Below, piece after piece: positions 1-12,620 of a stretch of DNA of 64,000 nt. A model generated the notes under the pieces. It saw nothing but the letters and a program-made list of their open reading frames with translations. It was not told the DNA's origin and searched no databases. The stretch spans positions 7,677,625 through 7,741,624 of the forward strand of contig CM082579.2 of assembly GCA_040954595.2 (NCBI GenBank). Reading direction: 5' to 3'. Positions within the stretch are counted from its first letter, which is position 1. Each line of letters opens with the position of its first letter. Origin of the DNA: Balanoglossus misakiensis. Its lineage: Eukaryota > Animalia > Hemichordata. The position numbers and the translations under genes were made by a program.

Positions 1-1715
1 TGTATAAAATCTCATGTTTTACTTGCCTGTCACGAAATATTATACATCAGATAAATTTTAATGTACATAAAACTTCCACACACTGTTTCAGCACACATTG
101 ATGTTAGATGATGAGTATACATATCTTTATGTTCACACCTATATACAAGTACGTTCAGTGGTTTGACCCACCATGTGATAAATATATAAGGTTATTCCAA
201 ACACATGTTTGTGGGGGTGTGTGGGTGGCTTGACTTGCCAGTTTTTAGTAAAGAGGTATTAGTATGTAGTGTGTTGGGATTTGCAGGGTTTTTTTCTGCC
301 AAGAAACATGATTGCATGGGTTTGGCCAAACAGTGACGTTTGTGACTGAGGGCACTTTGTGAAATTGTTGCTGTTTGTTTGGTGACGTGTTACTTGTTGA
401 AAACCTAAATACCACTCAGTGAATCATCTTAACAGGGGCCATCTTCTGCAAGGACTATGGTGATTGGTCCAAATCCCGGGGTCCAAATTCCATCTTGTGA
501 TGTTCATATCACGAAATGTTACATGCTGATCTCATCTGAAGGTACAGGATGTTGTGTAGCAGTCATTATCAAAATTAAGACATTTCAGAATGACCAAAAC
601 CAGTGTATTTGTTGTGCAAAAAGGGGGAAAACACTATAAAATCTCGCTAAGATTTTATGACTAAAGGAAAAGACATACATGATAATTTTCACATCTACAC
701 ATTACATTTTATTTTTAAAAACATCTTCACATTACATCAGTATTTGCACCTGATATATTTGGGTTTCAGGACCACAATCTTCTAATTGCTGAAAACTATC
801 TGTCAAACATATGGCTCACAGTGAGTACATTTCAAGTGTGACCAAAACATTGAAAGTGTCTCGAAAACTTGTACAGATTATTGAAACTTAATTTGAGAGT
901 ATCAATTTTTATTTTCAGTGTATCTGAATAAAATTACTAAGGATTTGTTTGGCATTATCAATAAAGTGTAAGGTATACTGGCATCTAGTATACTATGTAA
1001 GTTTACACGTTTTGAATCTGTAGAGAAGTCTTGTATTTGTATTTGTACTGTACTATATGATTCATGAACATGTATTTGATGGATTACACACCTCTTTGAT
1101 CTAATTGGCCACTTGAGAGTGATGTATTTATTCAGCGCATGCTATTGGCCAGTTGTTTTGTGATGTCAGAGATTTCCTGCATTTCCATTGGCCGTCTGGC
1201 AATATCTTGAAGAATTCAAATATGTGTACAGGACTCAATGAATGTGCACATGTTGACTGTATTTTCGGAGATTAAAAAATATTAAAGTTGGGGGGAGTGG
1301 TCTGTGAATTCCATAGATAGTATTACCACAGTCTGTATTGTAATCTCACATTGTATAAACTTTAAATTTTAATGTTTTCTTTTCTATTACATGACAGATC
1401 TTGAAACATTAGTGTAAACTTAAGAAATTTCTCCTGTTTTAATTTTTTGTACAAAGTAGTTGTGTAGTGTAGCATAATTTTATGATTATCAATTTTTTGT
1501 TTCACCGACTCATTCTTGATTATTTTGGAAGGATATAAATTTTTACTCCAGCCCCACCTTCTGTATTCAGTGTAACAATAACCATCTTGCATGTACAAAT
1601 AAAGTCTAGCGCACATCACTGACTTCCTTGTGGCTTGTGTTGTCTGTCTTTGATTGGCTAGGGTTCCAGAATTGAGCCTTTGTCAACCAATGAGATTTTG
1701 TTTTACATTTACATT

Positions 1716-1740
1716 ATCTATCTATCTATCTATCTATCTA
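1716..1740. repeat. (TCTA)n microsatellite
   Basis: tatctatctatctatctatctatcta, seen directly. Confidence 0.9.
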
Positions 1741-2051
1741 AAAAACACACTGTTTGTGGTTTTTTAGATATATAGATATTCAATGTGTGAATATCTATCT
1801 ATCTAAAAAAAACACTGGTATGGCGACCAGGCTACGCAATCACAGAGTAAGAAACCATTCAACTTGTCTCAAAATGAATCTGAAATCGACTCTGAGGGCG
1901 CTTGCACCAGGTCAGAGGTCAGCAATATTCAATATGTCTGCCACCATCTCGTAAAACGTGGGATTTGTAACGACGTTTAGGAAGAGCGGAATATTGCGGA
2001 TATAGTTGATAGTGACATTCCCAAACAAGAGAGGACTGTGCTGTGTGTAGT

Positions 2052-3065
2052 ATGGTGTACACAATGAGTGCTAGACTGTTTAGTAGGAGACTAGTTTTGG
2101 AAAGATGCGACGTGTTTTCACGGACGCAAGTTTTCGTTGGACGATTGAATCCGTTTTCGTCAATGTCAAGGCGTCCGCTCGCATCACTTGCTACAAGTAC
2201 AACTTGCTGCAATAACACAGTTAATTTGGTACGTGTCAGTTTTTTTTCTTGTTACTGAAATCGTGCCTACAGAATTTCCCCCAAGTTAAGCATCTATCCT
2301 CCTTAGGTGACTGAGTGGTCATGCTGGTGACCTTTCTTGCAGATGCTACAATAAAATCTGCACTAGGCAAGTTAACATTTCCATGTCTTCCTTCCCGACA
2401 GGAGTTAAATATTGATTGAATTCTGTTGTGTATGTTTTTTTTTCTGGCAGAGGTCCTCCCAAGTCATGGGTCATAGCATTCACCACAGAATCTCGTGTAG
2501 TCAACCGAACCAGTTCATCAGGCACGCATCGGGGGTCGGCCAGGACGTCTCGGGTCAAAGTTCACCAGAAGGTCGCCTGGTCTACCAGGGGCCGGCAACG
2601 TCGATCGTGAAAGTCGTCAAGTTCTTCTCTCTTTCGACGAGCGTCATTACGTTATCCATACTGCCCTGGTTCGTTCGGGAGTCCGGCGATCACTTCATGA
2701 AAGTGTTCGGTGGCGCCCTCAGCGCGGTGGTCTTCATAACGCCGGTGTTGCTGCACACCATATCGCGATCGTACGTGACGAAAATGTACTTCAACCCCTT
2801 GACAGACACCTACACAGCCGTGACATTCACGCTCTTCCTGAGGAGGAGACTCACTCAGTTCACAGCGAAGGACGTAGAGGTACCCGGGGTGACCAACCTT
2901 CTGACGACCTTCAAGGCCAAGGGCAAATCCTTCCTGGTGGATCCCATCGCTTTCCCGAATCCCGACGACTATAACCATCTGATGGGGTACGACAAGTACG
3001 ACAAAATCAATCTTGATGATATTATAAAGAAAGCCAATGCTGACAGTTCATCCAAAGACATTTGA
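2052..3065 (+). CDS. TMEM70: Transmembrane protein 70, mitochondrial ATP synthase assembly factor (2 exons, ~263 aa)
   Basis: Exons 2052-2228 and 2451-3065 are joined in phase 0 (TTG|gtacgt ... ggcag|AGG). The N-terminus is Arg/Ser-rich, like a mitochondrial presequence. Motifs GRLVYQG..VKFFSLSTS, FITPVLLH..YV..MYF...TDTY and FPNPDDYNHLMGYDK match TMEM70. The start could be 2052 or 2064. Confidence 0.9.
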
Positions 3066-4114
3066 TTATTTCATTTTTTGTTTTAAAATAAAAACGATTT
3101 TTATTATAATACATGCACCTGTAATGTAAGTTTTCACTCTTGAAGGACTGGTGTTAACTCATGCATTGAACTTGAAGCAAAGGGGAAATGCATGGAATTC
3201 AAAGCTGTCAATACAAGAAGTAACTGTTATTATTTACATGCTCTTTCAATTGGTTACCTTTGCTACATGTCATGAGTTGTTGGCTTTGATATCCTGGGTT
3301 GTCACATATTCTGTAAGTAATAAAAAATAAGAAATACCTACTTTGGTTTACACTCATTGTATTTAATTATATTGCTATGTGCTGTGGTGTTGTTTGGCTG
3401 CCAATGCCAATACAGTGAACAAAAAGTCATAATTTCTATGGTCCCTCCATATGTCACCTTCCTATTTTCATTTGACTCTCTTTGTCTATCTTTGTATTCA
3501 TGCTGAACCAGCAATTCTTAGAAATGTTTGCAAATGTGTCTCGGAGGTCGGGTAAACATATTGGTGGACACCATCTGTCTGAGCGTAAATCTACAACCAA
3601 ACCGTAATTTTTGCATACATTCATGCCCAATTTGAATTTCTGAGACAACGTACGACACTTGCAGCGGTTTGTGTGTACCATCTGTGGTCATTTGACAACA
3701 AAACCCAAGTTCACTGCCTAAAAATAGCGACGTTTGGAGATTGACCCCCGTTTTTGTGACTTTACGTAAGTGTACAACTTGACATCAAACGGTATTTGAG
3801 TTGACAGGAAGGTGTCCAGACCCGACATTTATCTCACATAATTTCCTCTACCTGAACAGGAGAAATCTAAAGAAGAGTACCTCGATTCTTTTGGCGCTGC
3901 ATAACAATTCAGCATACTGTTTTATTATTGCTGTGGTAAGTCAATCTTTTTGTTTTACGTTCGTAACCGCAACACGTTCACTTGTTGATGTGTTTCCTAT
4001 AAACTACCGAGTGTTTTGTACGAAAGACCAAAACATACCACTTACTCGAAAGCCATTGTTAGCAATAGACCATGCATTTTCCGAACTCCGCGAAACCCTC
4101 AGATATCTCGCGAG

Positions 4115-5620
4115 TACGGTGGACGATACCGACACTCCTCTGCTATGCTAAGTCGGCCTCCTCTGCTATGCTAAGTCCTCCTCTGCTATGCTAATTCCTG
4201 CGATGCTATGCTAATTCCTGCGATGCTAACTGAATCTGATCTGCTGTCGACCTCCTCTGCTATGCTATGTCGATCTGCGATGCTATGCTAAGTCCTGCGA
4301 TGCTATGCTAATTCCTGCGATGCTAACTGAATCTGATCAGCTGTCGACCTCCTCTGCTATGCTATGTCGATCTGCGATGCTATGCTAAGTCCTGCGATGC
4401 TAACTTAACCGGAAGTACTGTAGTACATTTTTACGAACAAACATACGCTCGTCTCACATGCGGCCGGACTTGCTGTTTGGCGACTGATTTGGGCGAGCGG
4501 AGAAAGCATTAAGTGATAATAGAAATAATATATGAATATCTTATCCATAAAATTTGTTTCGAAGATACGGATTTTGTAGCCGGCGACAACGTCTGCAATT
4601 AGAGGCGATCGTTTCCCCATAGCATATTTGGCGGGAAATAATCACCGAGCGAAGTGTTATAGAATTTCTAAAGTCGCACGACTTTATCCATGTTATCCCA
4701 CATCCAGTAACTTGAATAAAGTGTGTTCTCTTGTATGTGTTCCATTTCTAAATTATTCACTGTTCTTGGTCCATTTTTTTGCGAGAATATAAACCCTGGC
4801 TCTTGCCAATCAGCAAGCAGGATTCACACCAAGCATATTATAATAAAGTCATGAAACTAATGGATCCCTCTGTTTCTGTGACTTGTAAGCTGTCTTTTGT
4901 CTTTATTCATCTCCCAACAGTAAAATGTATGCTAATTTTCACATGAGAGGTCCTGCACCCAAATACCCTCTGGCAGCCGTTTAACCTCTAAATATAACGT
5001 TTAGCCAATAGTCAGTCTAAGAAAAAAGACTCCTTGAAAAATCATTCACGATATTTATTACATCATATTGGGCTAAACTGATCAGCCAATTTCCACAGAA
5101 AATGACGGGCAGCTACAGGCAGTAATTAGTAGGACCGCAAATGAAGTCTTGATTTCTAGGATTGGAAAGTGGGGAAACGATCGCCTCTAATTGCAGACGT
5201 TGTCGCCGCCTACAAAATCCGTATCTTCGAAACAAATTTTATGGATAAGATATTCATATATTATTTCTATTATCACTTAATGCTTTCTCCGCTCGCCCAA
5301 ATCAGTCGCCAAACAGCAAGTCCGGCCGCATGTGAGACGAGCGTATGTTTGTTCGTAAAAATGTACTACAGTACTTCCGGTTAAGTTAGCATCGCAGGAC
5401 TTAGCATAGCATCGCAGATCGACATAGCATAGCAGAGGAGGTCGACAGCAGATCGGATTCAGTTAGCATCGCAGGAATTAGCATAGCATCGCAGGACTTA
5501 GCATAGCAGAGGAGGAATTAGCATAGCAGAGGAGGACTTAGCATAGCAGAGGAGGCCGACTTAGCATAGCAGAGGAGGCCGACTTAGCATAGCAGAGGAG
5601 TGTCGGTTTCGGCTACCGTA
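4115..5620. mobile_element. Non-autonomous foldback DNA transposon with ~450-500 bp inverted arms
   Basis: Arms 4115-4619 and 5170-5620 are near-identical reverse complements around a 550-bp spacer. Termini are TACGGT...ACCGTA, flanked by direct repeat CGCGAG (4109-4114, 5621-5626). The outer arms are tandem ctgctatgctaagtc / cgatgctatgctaa subrepeats. Confidence 0.88.
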
Positions 5621-5910
5621 CGCGAGGCTATAGGCATTGCATATATACGTGTAAATTGTCCTGGCAATGTTCCCTTTAAATGTAATAACAACAACAGCGT
5701 AATGTTTAGATGTTTATGATTAGAACTGTCATTTTCGATATCCGTTCCCAGACTCAGAGGGAACTTAACACAATTGATTGCCAAATGTACGCCCTGGGTC
5801 AAAAAATGTTCTCTTATTTTCTTGAAATCTGCTCATTTTTACTTATATGTTTGATTCTCCCCAATTGTAACCATTTATCTAAAATTTGCACTTTTAGATA
5901 AAAAAAGAGT

Positions 5911-8900
5911 ATGGGTGCCGCTCTGACTTCCCTCCTGCCAGATTACGTCATCTACATCCAGACAGGTGACGTCAAAGGCGGAGGTACCGACGCCGCCGTG
6001 CACCTGCGGCTCTTCAACGACCAAGGGAGGCGGTCACGTGAGATCCACCTGACCGACCCCTTCGGGTGGAACTTCGAGCGGAACCAAACGGACAAGTTCT
6101 ACATCAGAGACCTCGGCAACTTCGGAGAGATCGTCAAGATCGAGATCTGGAGGGACGTGTGGTTCGGAGACGACTGGTACGTGGACAGCGTCATTTTGGA
6201 GGACTTTCGCCGGAAGGACCGCTTCCCGTTCCCGGTTCATCGCTGGGTGACCGACGATCACGTCTTCATTCACAAATACGACTGCATCTTGCCGATGGAT
6301 GAGCCGAACCCGACACAGCGAAGCGACGAGTTGGCTTTCAATAAACGCCAATACAATTTCGGCCCATCCGAACAGGGAATACCGATAATGGTGCGCATTT
6401 TTACACTCAGAGTCAGAGCGGAGAATAATCGTGAAATCTTCTCGATCATTTATGTCACTCTGCAAAACTGTGATTATCTCCATGTAATTTTTACTCGATA
6501 TAAATGCTAGTTTTACCCATTCCACATTACTTGTATTTATACATCGGGGAAATATTTTCCTTATCCACTTTTGTCGTTCTGTATAACATTTTGCTTTTCT
6601 TTTTGTTACAGGTTGAACGTCTGCCAAAGCACGAAGAATTTTCGTTTTCCCACCAAGTAAGCAGATAACGTCCACTTAGTCCCGACTTTAGTCTAGCCTT
6701 TAACTCCCACATCCCCATTTCCCTGTTTATGGTGCACAACTCTTGGAATCATTTTGTAATCTTCAATGATTTTTTTTATCAAACGAGAAAAGTGCATTCA
6801 CAAATTTGCTACGGTCCCCACCAAATGTAAAACGGACACCTGCAAAAATCTAGATACAGATACCGTGGACATTTACACTTACTATAATTCTTTACCCCAC
6901 TCGACAGATGGATCTCAACAAACAGCTTATGCAAAGTATTCTGACGACAAAAGTGAACTTCATGATGTCGCCTCCCTGGACAACTCTGGACAGCATCACC
7001 AACGTCTACAGTAAATACTTTGTCTTACCAGAGGTAAATAATCCCCACAGGAATCATAAAATCTTTTGTGGACCTATTTCTTTCCATCTTCGCCTGCTAG
7101 AGCCTCCTTGCTCTCGGAAAGTTAGCTCGTTAGTGGGAGACTGGTCGCGCTAACGACCCGTGCGAGCGGATGATGTTAAAGGTTTCTATATCAATTTGCA
7201 GTGCTATCCGACGTGGCGGGAAGATTGGCATTTTGGATCCCAGAGGTTACAAGGTTGCAACCCGTGCGCCATAAGACTTTGCACGGAAGTACCAACCAAG
7301 TAAGGCAAATTCAAATCTTAGAACTATACTGTTAAAATCACAGTACATGTACTTGTTTTAGTCAGGGAGATATTCAATAACTAGTATTGGAGAGGGTCAA
7401 GTCGGTAGATTGTGTTATCAATAAGTGCGACATCCCTAGTTAATATCCTGCTTCCATGCAGTAATTACATAAGGTTATCTTCACTTGACATTTCCATCCT
7501 TAATTCTGATTGAATTAATTATATTGATCTATCGCCATAACTTCTGATAAACTCATAATGTGTATAAATGTTTTCGTCTCTGGAAATGCTGATATTCAGC
7601 GGGCGGCGTCTTCTATTTTTGTGGTTATCATTTTGTTGAAATCCTTATTCACAGCCTGGCAGTCACAAACGCCATGGTGAAACCAGTCATGGAAGGCATG
7701 ACCCTTCAAGAGTGTATGGCACAGAAACGTCTCTTCGTCATCGACTACAGCATGCTGAAGGATATCCCAAAGACCTTCGCCAAACTGGTAAGGGGAAACA
7801 AATTTATACAAACGGTTCTCAGAGATACAGAGCCAGAGGGTTTTATCTCGTATTATCACCGAGCTTTCAATATTCTTAAATTGGAACTATAGGGCCTATA
7901 TGTTTTATATCCACACTCAGGTTGTTTGTGCGCCAATTGCGCTATTCTTCATGAATAAGGACAAAGTGTTGATGCCAGTGGCGATTCAGTTGTTTCAAGA
8001 TCCTGGACCAGACAACCCGGTAGGTTCCCGAAAATAGAAGTTTGCATTTAATTGGTATCATGGTGTCACTACCAACAAAATGAACGTTTCCCCTGAAGTT
8101 AAGATTACGCAGTGTAATAGCGTTTGATAAATGATTTATGTGGCGTTTTTATTTGCAGGTTTTTCTTCCGACCGACCCCGAGTACACCTGGTTGCTCGCC
8201 AAGATGTTCTTCAACAATGCCGACGCTTCTGTGCACGAGTCGGCCGTTCACCTGGCGTTCTCACATTTGCTGGTGGAGTCCTTTTCTATGGCCGTCAATC
8301 GAAACCTGTCGCCATCACACCCAATCTACAGGTTGCTGGCGCCTCACCTGAAGTATGTCATGGCGATAAACCAGTAAGTATAAGAGGTTTTGGTTTAAAC
8401 GGTGCAGACCGTATTTCCTATACCCCTGTGTGAATTCACATTAATAATTGCATTCTGGGTAAAATGTCGATAACTCACTGCACTGTAGCAAAAATCGGCC
8501 ATCTTGAAATTGTATCGACAATATATGTATAAGATTTTCATCACTCACCTACGTACCAAATCCCTATTTAAAGTATTAAGAATTGGGCGGGAAGGGAACG
8601 TTGGCAATTTCATCGGGAAAAATCACTATTGTATAGAGGGTGCGTATAGCACTGTACGTCTCCGTGTGTGTTCTAACTGAGTGTTTTTGGTGTTTTTGCT
8701 CAAAAGTTCAGCCGTAGAGACGTTGATTTCACCAAATGGTTGGGTGGATAAAGCAATGAGCGTCGGTCGAGTTGGTATGCTGGAGATCATTCGCCGAGAA
8801 TGGAAGAACTGGAGGTTCGATGTCGACGGTGACCTACCGAGCAGTCTGAAGGCCCGTGGTGTCGACGACCCGGGAGTAATCCCAGAGTTCCCCTTCAGAG

Positions 8901-9013
8901 ACGATGCAATACTTTTGTACAACGCTGTGAAGAACTACGTTGCCTCCATTGTAAAGGGGCATTATGGTATGTTTGTAAACTAATTGGTTATCATGATTCA
9001 CGAAAGAGGACAG

Positions 9014-9052
<39 letters not shown>

Positions 9053-10532
9053 TACACACATACACAACCGAATACATATTCATGATAGCACCGAAAGAAA
9101 AATTGTTTTGTTACAATCATAGAGTGGCGACAGTAGATTCGAAAAGAGTGGACAAGCCCTGTTCCAAAATTTAAGAAAGCCCCAACAGTTCGATACGCCT
9201 AACGCAGCTCGAATATGCATGATTCATGTAAAGTGTTCATTTACAGTACATTATCCAAGTGATCTCACGAAACCACTTTTTGAATCACAGAAACATGTGA
9301 GAAGGTGGTCGAAGATAACGAATTGCAAAACATGGCACGAGAGATATCTGCACCACCCCCAGAGGGACTCGGAGTGAAGGTTGGAGTTTATATTTACTTA
9401 TTTATTATTGCTTATTTATATGGTTTAAAACTATACCTAGGCCACCTAACACATTTTGGTTTACATGTTCTAGGGGGTCCCGGGCAACGGCAGTTTCAGG
9501 TCAAAGGACGATCTGATTGTAGTTTTGACGTGGATCATATTCAATTGCACCGTTGGACATTCAGCAACAAACTACGCCCAATACAACGAGTATGCCTTCC
9601 CGCCGAACTATCCTTCATATTTGCGCGGCAAACCACCAACAAGTAAGGCAAGTATGCAAGAACGTTTTTCATCACACCGACCGTTTGGTGGTGGCCTGTT
9701 TATACCTTCATCTATTCGGTTTGGTGTCTAAAGTCGTAGAATCGAGTCCGAGTTCCTCTGCCCATTACAATTTTCCTGCCCCCGGGTAATTTGCATATTC
9801 AAAAATGGCTATGTATATGGCAGTATAACAATGGTGGGTACTTGAATTCTTCCGTGAGAAATGCATGTGCTTGTTTTGCATTTTGTTAGTCTTCTTCATC
9901 TTACACTCATGTGATAAGTCTTATGTGACACTCTCATCACTTTTCCTTGTCATTCTTGACACTCAACAGGCGCCGCTGACAGAGGATGACGTCATGCAAC
10001 GTATTCCGGTGAAAGAGATGATGTTGAACATCATGGCGATGACGTATTGTTTGAGTGCTCCTAGCAACGACACGCTGAAACGAAGCGCTGTCATCACGCA
10101 GTATGACCCAATCGGCGCCAATGCGTACCAGGAGTAAGTTACATGCATGTGTTCATGGATTAAAGCCCCATAAGCTGCCACTTTGGGCATATTTTAATGA
10201 TAAAATACCAGTACTTCAATCTTCTCCTTCAATGGCTGACAGATGACGCCATTTTGAATTTGTGAACATTTGCACTGGCAAATGTGTCTTCAAGTTAACA
10301 AAATGCCCCAAACCAAATGTGTTGGATATGTGAAAACGCAATTGCTGGCTACAACGCTGTACAAATCTCTTTTGACTTTGACAGTTTTATTGATATTATT
10401 TATACGTTGATCACTAGCTTCCAGGAAGAGTTGGAGGGAGTCGGGCGAATCATCGACGAACGCAATGAGAGGAGGAAGAGAAAATACCCGTACCTACACC
10501 CAGACAGGGTTGCTAATTCCATCAATATCTGA
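5911..10532 (+). CDS. Lipoxygenase A (PLAT + catalytic domain; 12 exons, ~665 aa)
   Basis: Exons 5911-6390, 6612-6656, 6908-7033, 7202-7299, 7655-7787, 7921-8019, 8159-8373, 8707-8966, 9291-9379, 9474-9647, 9970-10133, 10418-10532 total 1998 nt in frame. It has the PLAT motif [16 protein letters not shown], iron ligands [11 protein letters not shown] and GHSATN, and C-terminal NSINI. Confidence 0.93.
9009..9066. repeat. (GACA)n / (CA)n microsatellite in a lipoxygenase A intron
   Basis: gacagacagacggacagacagacag...catacacacatacaca, seen directly. Confidence 0.85.
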
Positions 10533-12236
10533 AGATGCCTGTTCACGATTCGACGTCCCAGAAGTGACCGGAGTGGAAATGAAAGCGCTGTTGTGATTGG
10601 CTTGTGTCGCCTGAATTGAACAGCTATTTTCGACTCAATTTATGCAATTTCAGAACAGACTTGGTAAAGCGAAATTATGAAAAATAGTATCTCACGCCAA
10701 GCCAATGAACAAAAATATTAAGCATAATTTGTTTCAAAATTTATCTAAAAGAGATTGCCTACTTGTTTTATGTGTGATTTTCTCGCGAATATCACAATCT
10801 CTCTCTTTTCGAGAGACAGGAACAATTCTCTCTGTATCGAGATGATTAATGCACGTTCACATTAACACATGCATGGGTAGACCATATTGCCGAAGTAAAA
10901 AATAACAAGTTATAGCATGCCATAAGGTTACGCTTGTCAACGAGCCATCTGTGGGCGATTATGTATGGCTAATTCAGGCATTGACATCTTTTTTTGTTGA
11001 ACCCTTGCAGTTGACTTCCGTATTCATCTAGCCGACCAAATCCTGTAATTTTGTTCAACTGCATTTATTCCTTAGTTATACTCTAGAAGCGCGTTTCCTT
11101 ATTATGCTGAGTGCGTCAAAGACGTGGTCTTATCACGTCTGTGCTTGAAAAGAAGACACATCTAAAATGAAGGCTCATTTTCAGATGAAATAAAAAAATA
11201 AATAAAAATATGTTAGGCCAAGAACAAATGATGTTACGGGACCATATGAGCAGAGAGGGACCTGGAGCTAAATAAAACATACTTTTACACCATTGGTGGT
11301 CACGTGGTTCGTTGTAATTAGATTTGCGTATTCATAGACCCAGGGATTGGTAAAACGTGTAGGGTGGTTTATTACACTTAGATCAGACGAGAGCGAAGAC
11401 GTCGGGACGGAACGTTGTCCAGGTTTGTGGCCATTCTGCTATTTCTCATGTAATTTTTATTCCCCCAAAATCTATTTTCTTTTGCGAGATTATTTGACAA
11501 AAAGGGCAATGCTGGTTGTCCGTCAAATTTTGTGCCATCTTATACATGCAGTGGTAAATGTAATGGCAAAGTGCCGGGCCGCCCGGCGGGTTAACCCCAT
11601 CGCTTCCCGCCGCCCGGCGCGTGCAACAGTTTCTCTGGTTTGGGGGTCAGTGCCTCGATGAACTTCGCAGAGGTCGGGTCAGTTTTGAGAAAACGTAAAA
11701 TGTTCCCTTTTAAGCTTGACTTCAGCGAAACTATGTCAGATACACCACCTTGATAGCGCCAGTAGACCAGAAGAGAGATTTACGATTTCGTGCAAACGTG
11801 TTTTTTGTGTGGTTTTCGAGCGACTGTGCGGTATTTATGCTACCATATTGTTCCTATGAAACCGGCCTCGATATATGCATACCGGCGAATACTGGTTGTT
11901 TTGTGTTTTGTGTTATAGGTAATCTTGCAACTATCCCAAAATAGTTCAAATCGTGTTAATTTATCCCTTTTCGATTCGCTTCATGATTTATGATTGTCAC
12001 CTATGTGGAGCGACCAACCCCAACAGGGGCCACTCTTCAACCGTGTACTGAACCTCTTTTAAAGTAATTTACTAGATATGTTGTGTGTTTCTCTGTAGAG
12101 GCGATATTCCAAATATGTAATGTTGGTATATATTGCTTTATTTTCAATATTGCAAATAACCATCACGTTCAGACGTCATTGCTCTTAGTGATTCGCACCG
12201 TGTCATCACGTATTCCGAATATTAATTCTACCATGG

Positions 12237-12425
12237 ATTGGAACTATATTTTTGGGATAATTGCATGGTAATAAACTCTGTAAAACTCTCAGCGCACTGC
12301 ATGTAGCCTATACACTCGACATATTAATCATTTTGTTTTGTTTTGTTCAAACAATGACAGAAATAGCACATTCTCCCCAAGTACAACATTTTAGCGGTAT
12401 GCAATTATCCCAAAATAGTTCCAAT
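12237..12425. mobile_element. Small MITE-like inverted-repeat element upstream of lipoxygenase B
   Basis: attggaactatatttttgggataattgcat (12237-12266) is the inverse of atgcaattatcccaaaatagttccaat (12399-12425). A third partial copy lies at ~11926-11951. Confidence 0.6.
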
Positions 12426-12620
12426 TGTGTTCATTTTGAACAGCCGATGAAAATTGAAGACTCGACATATTTCGGTAGGATCGGTTGACAGGCGCAGAAT
12501 ATATCTTGGTGCAAAATGTTGTTGTTCCCGGTGTACCTCGTGTATGTAACACCTGTTTTTTCTCATTGCAGGTTATATTGTGTGCACAAGATTTGCCTCC
12601 TTATAAGAGAAGCGTGAGAG

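Noticed and set aside
1-1400. Coding gene at the window start
   Set aside because: AT-rich with no credible ORF. It could be the 3' UTR of an upstream gene, but that cannot be shown here.
4136-4403. Short repeats as a CRISPR array (also considered for 30067-30588)
   Set aside because: There are no unique spacers and no cas genes, and the context is eukaryotic. They are transposon subrepeats and an exon triplication.
4405-5384. Two near-identical 71-aa ORFs on opposite strands
   Set aside because: They arise from the inverted arms of the foldback element and show no protein features.
3100-5910. Catalase-like allene oxide synthase domain fused upstream of the lipoxygenases
   Set aside because: I found no catalase-like exons upstream of either paralog, and both start with the same MGAALTS.
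11573-11622. GC-rich palindromic patch upstream of lipoxygenase B
   Set aside because: Too short to distinguish a Helitron-like hairpin or promoter element from chance.
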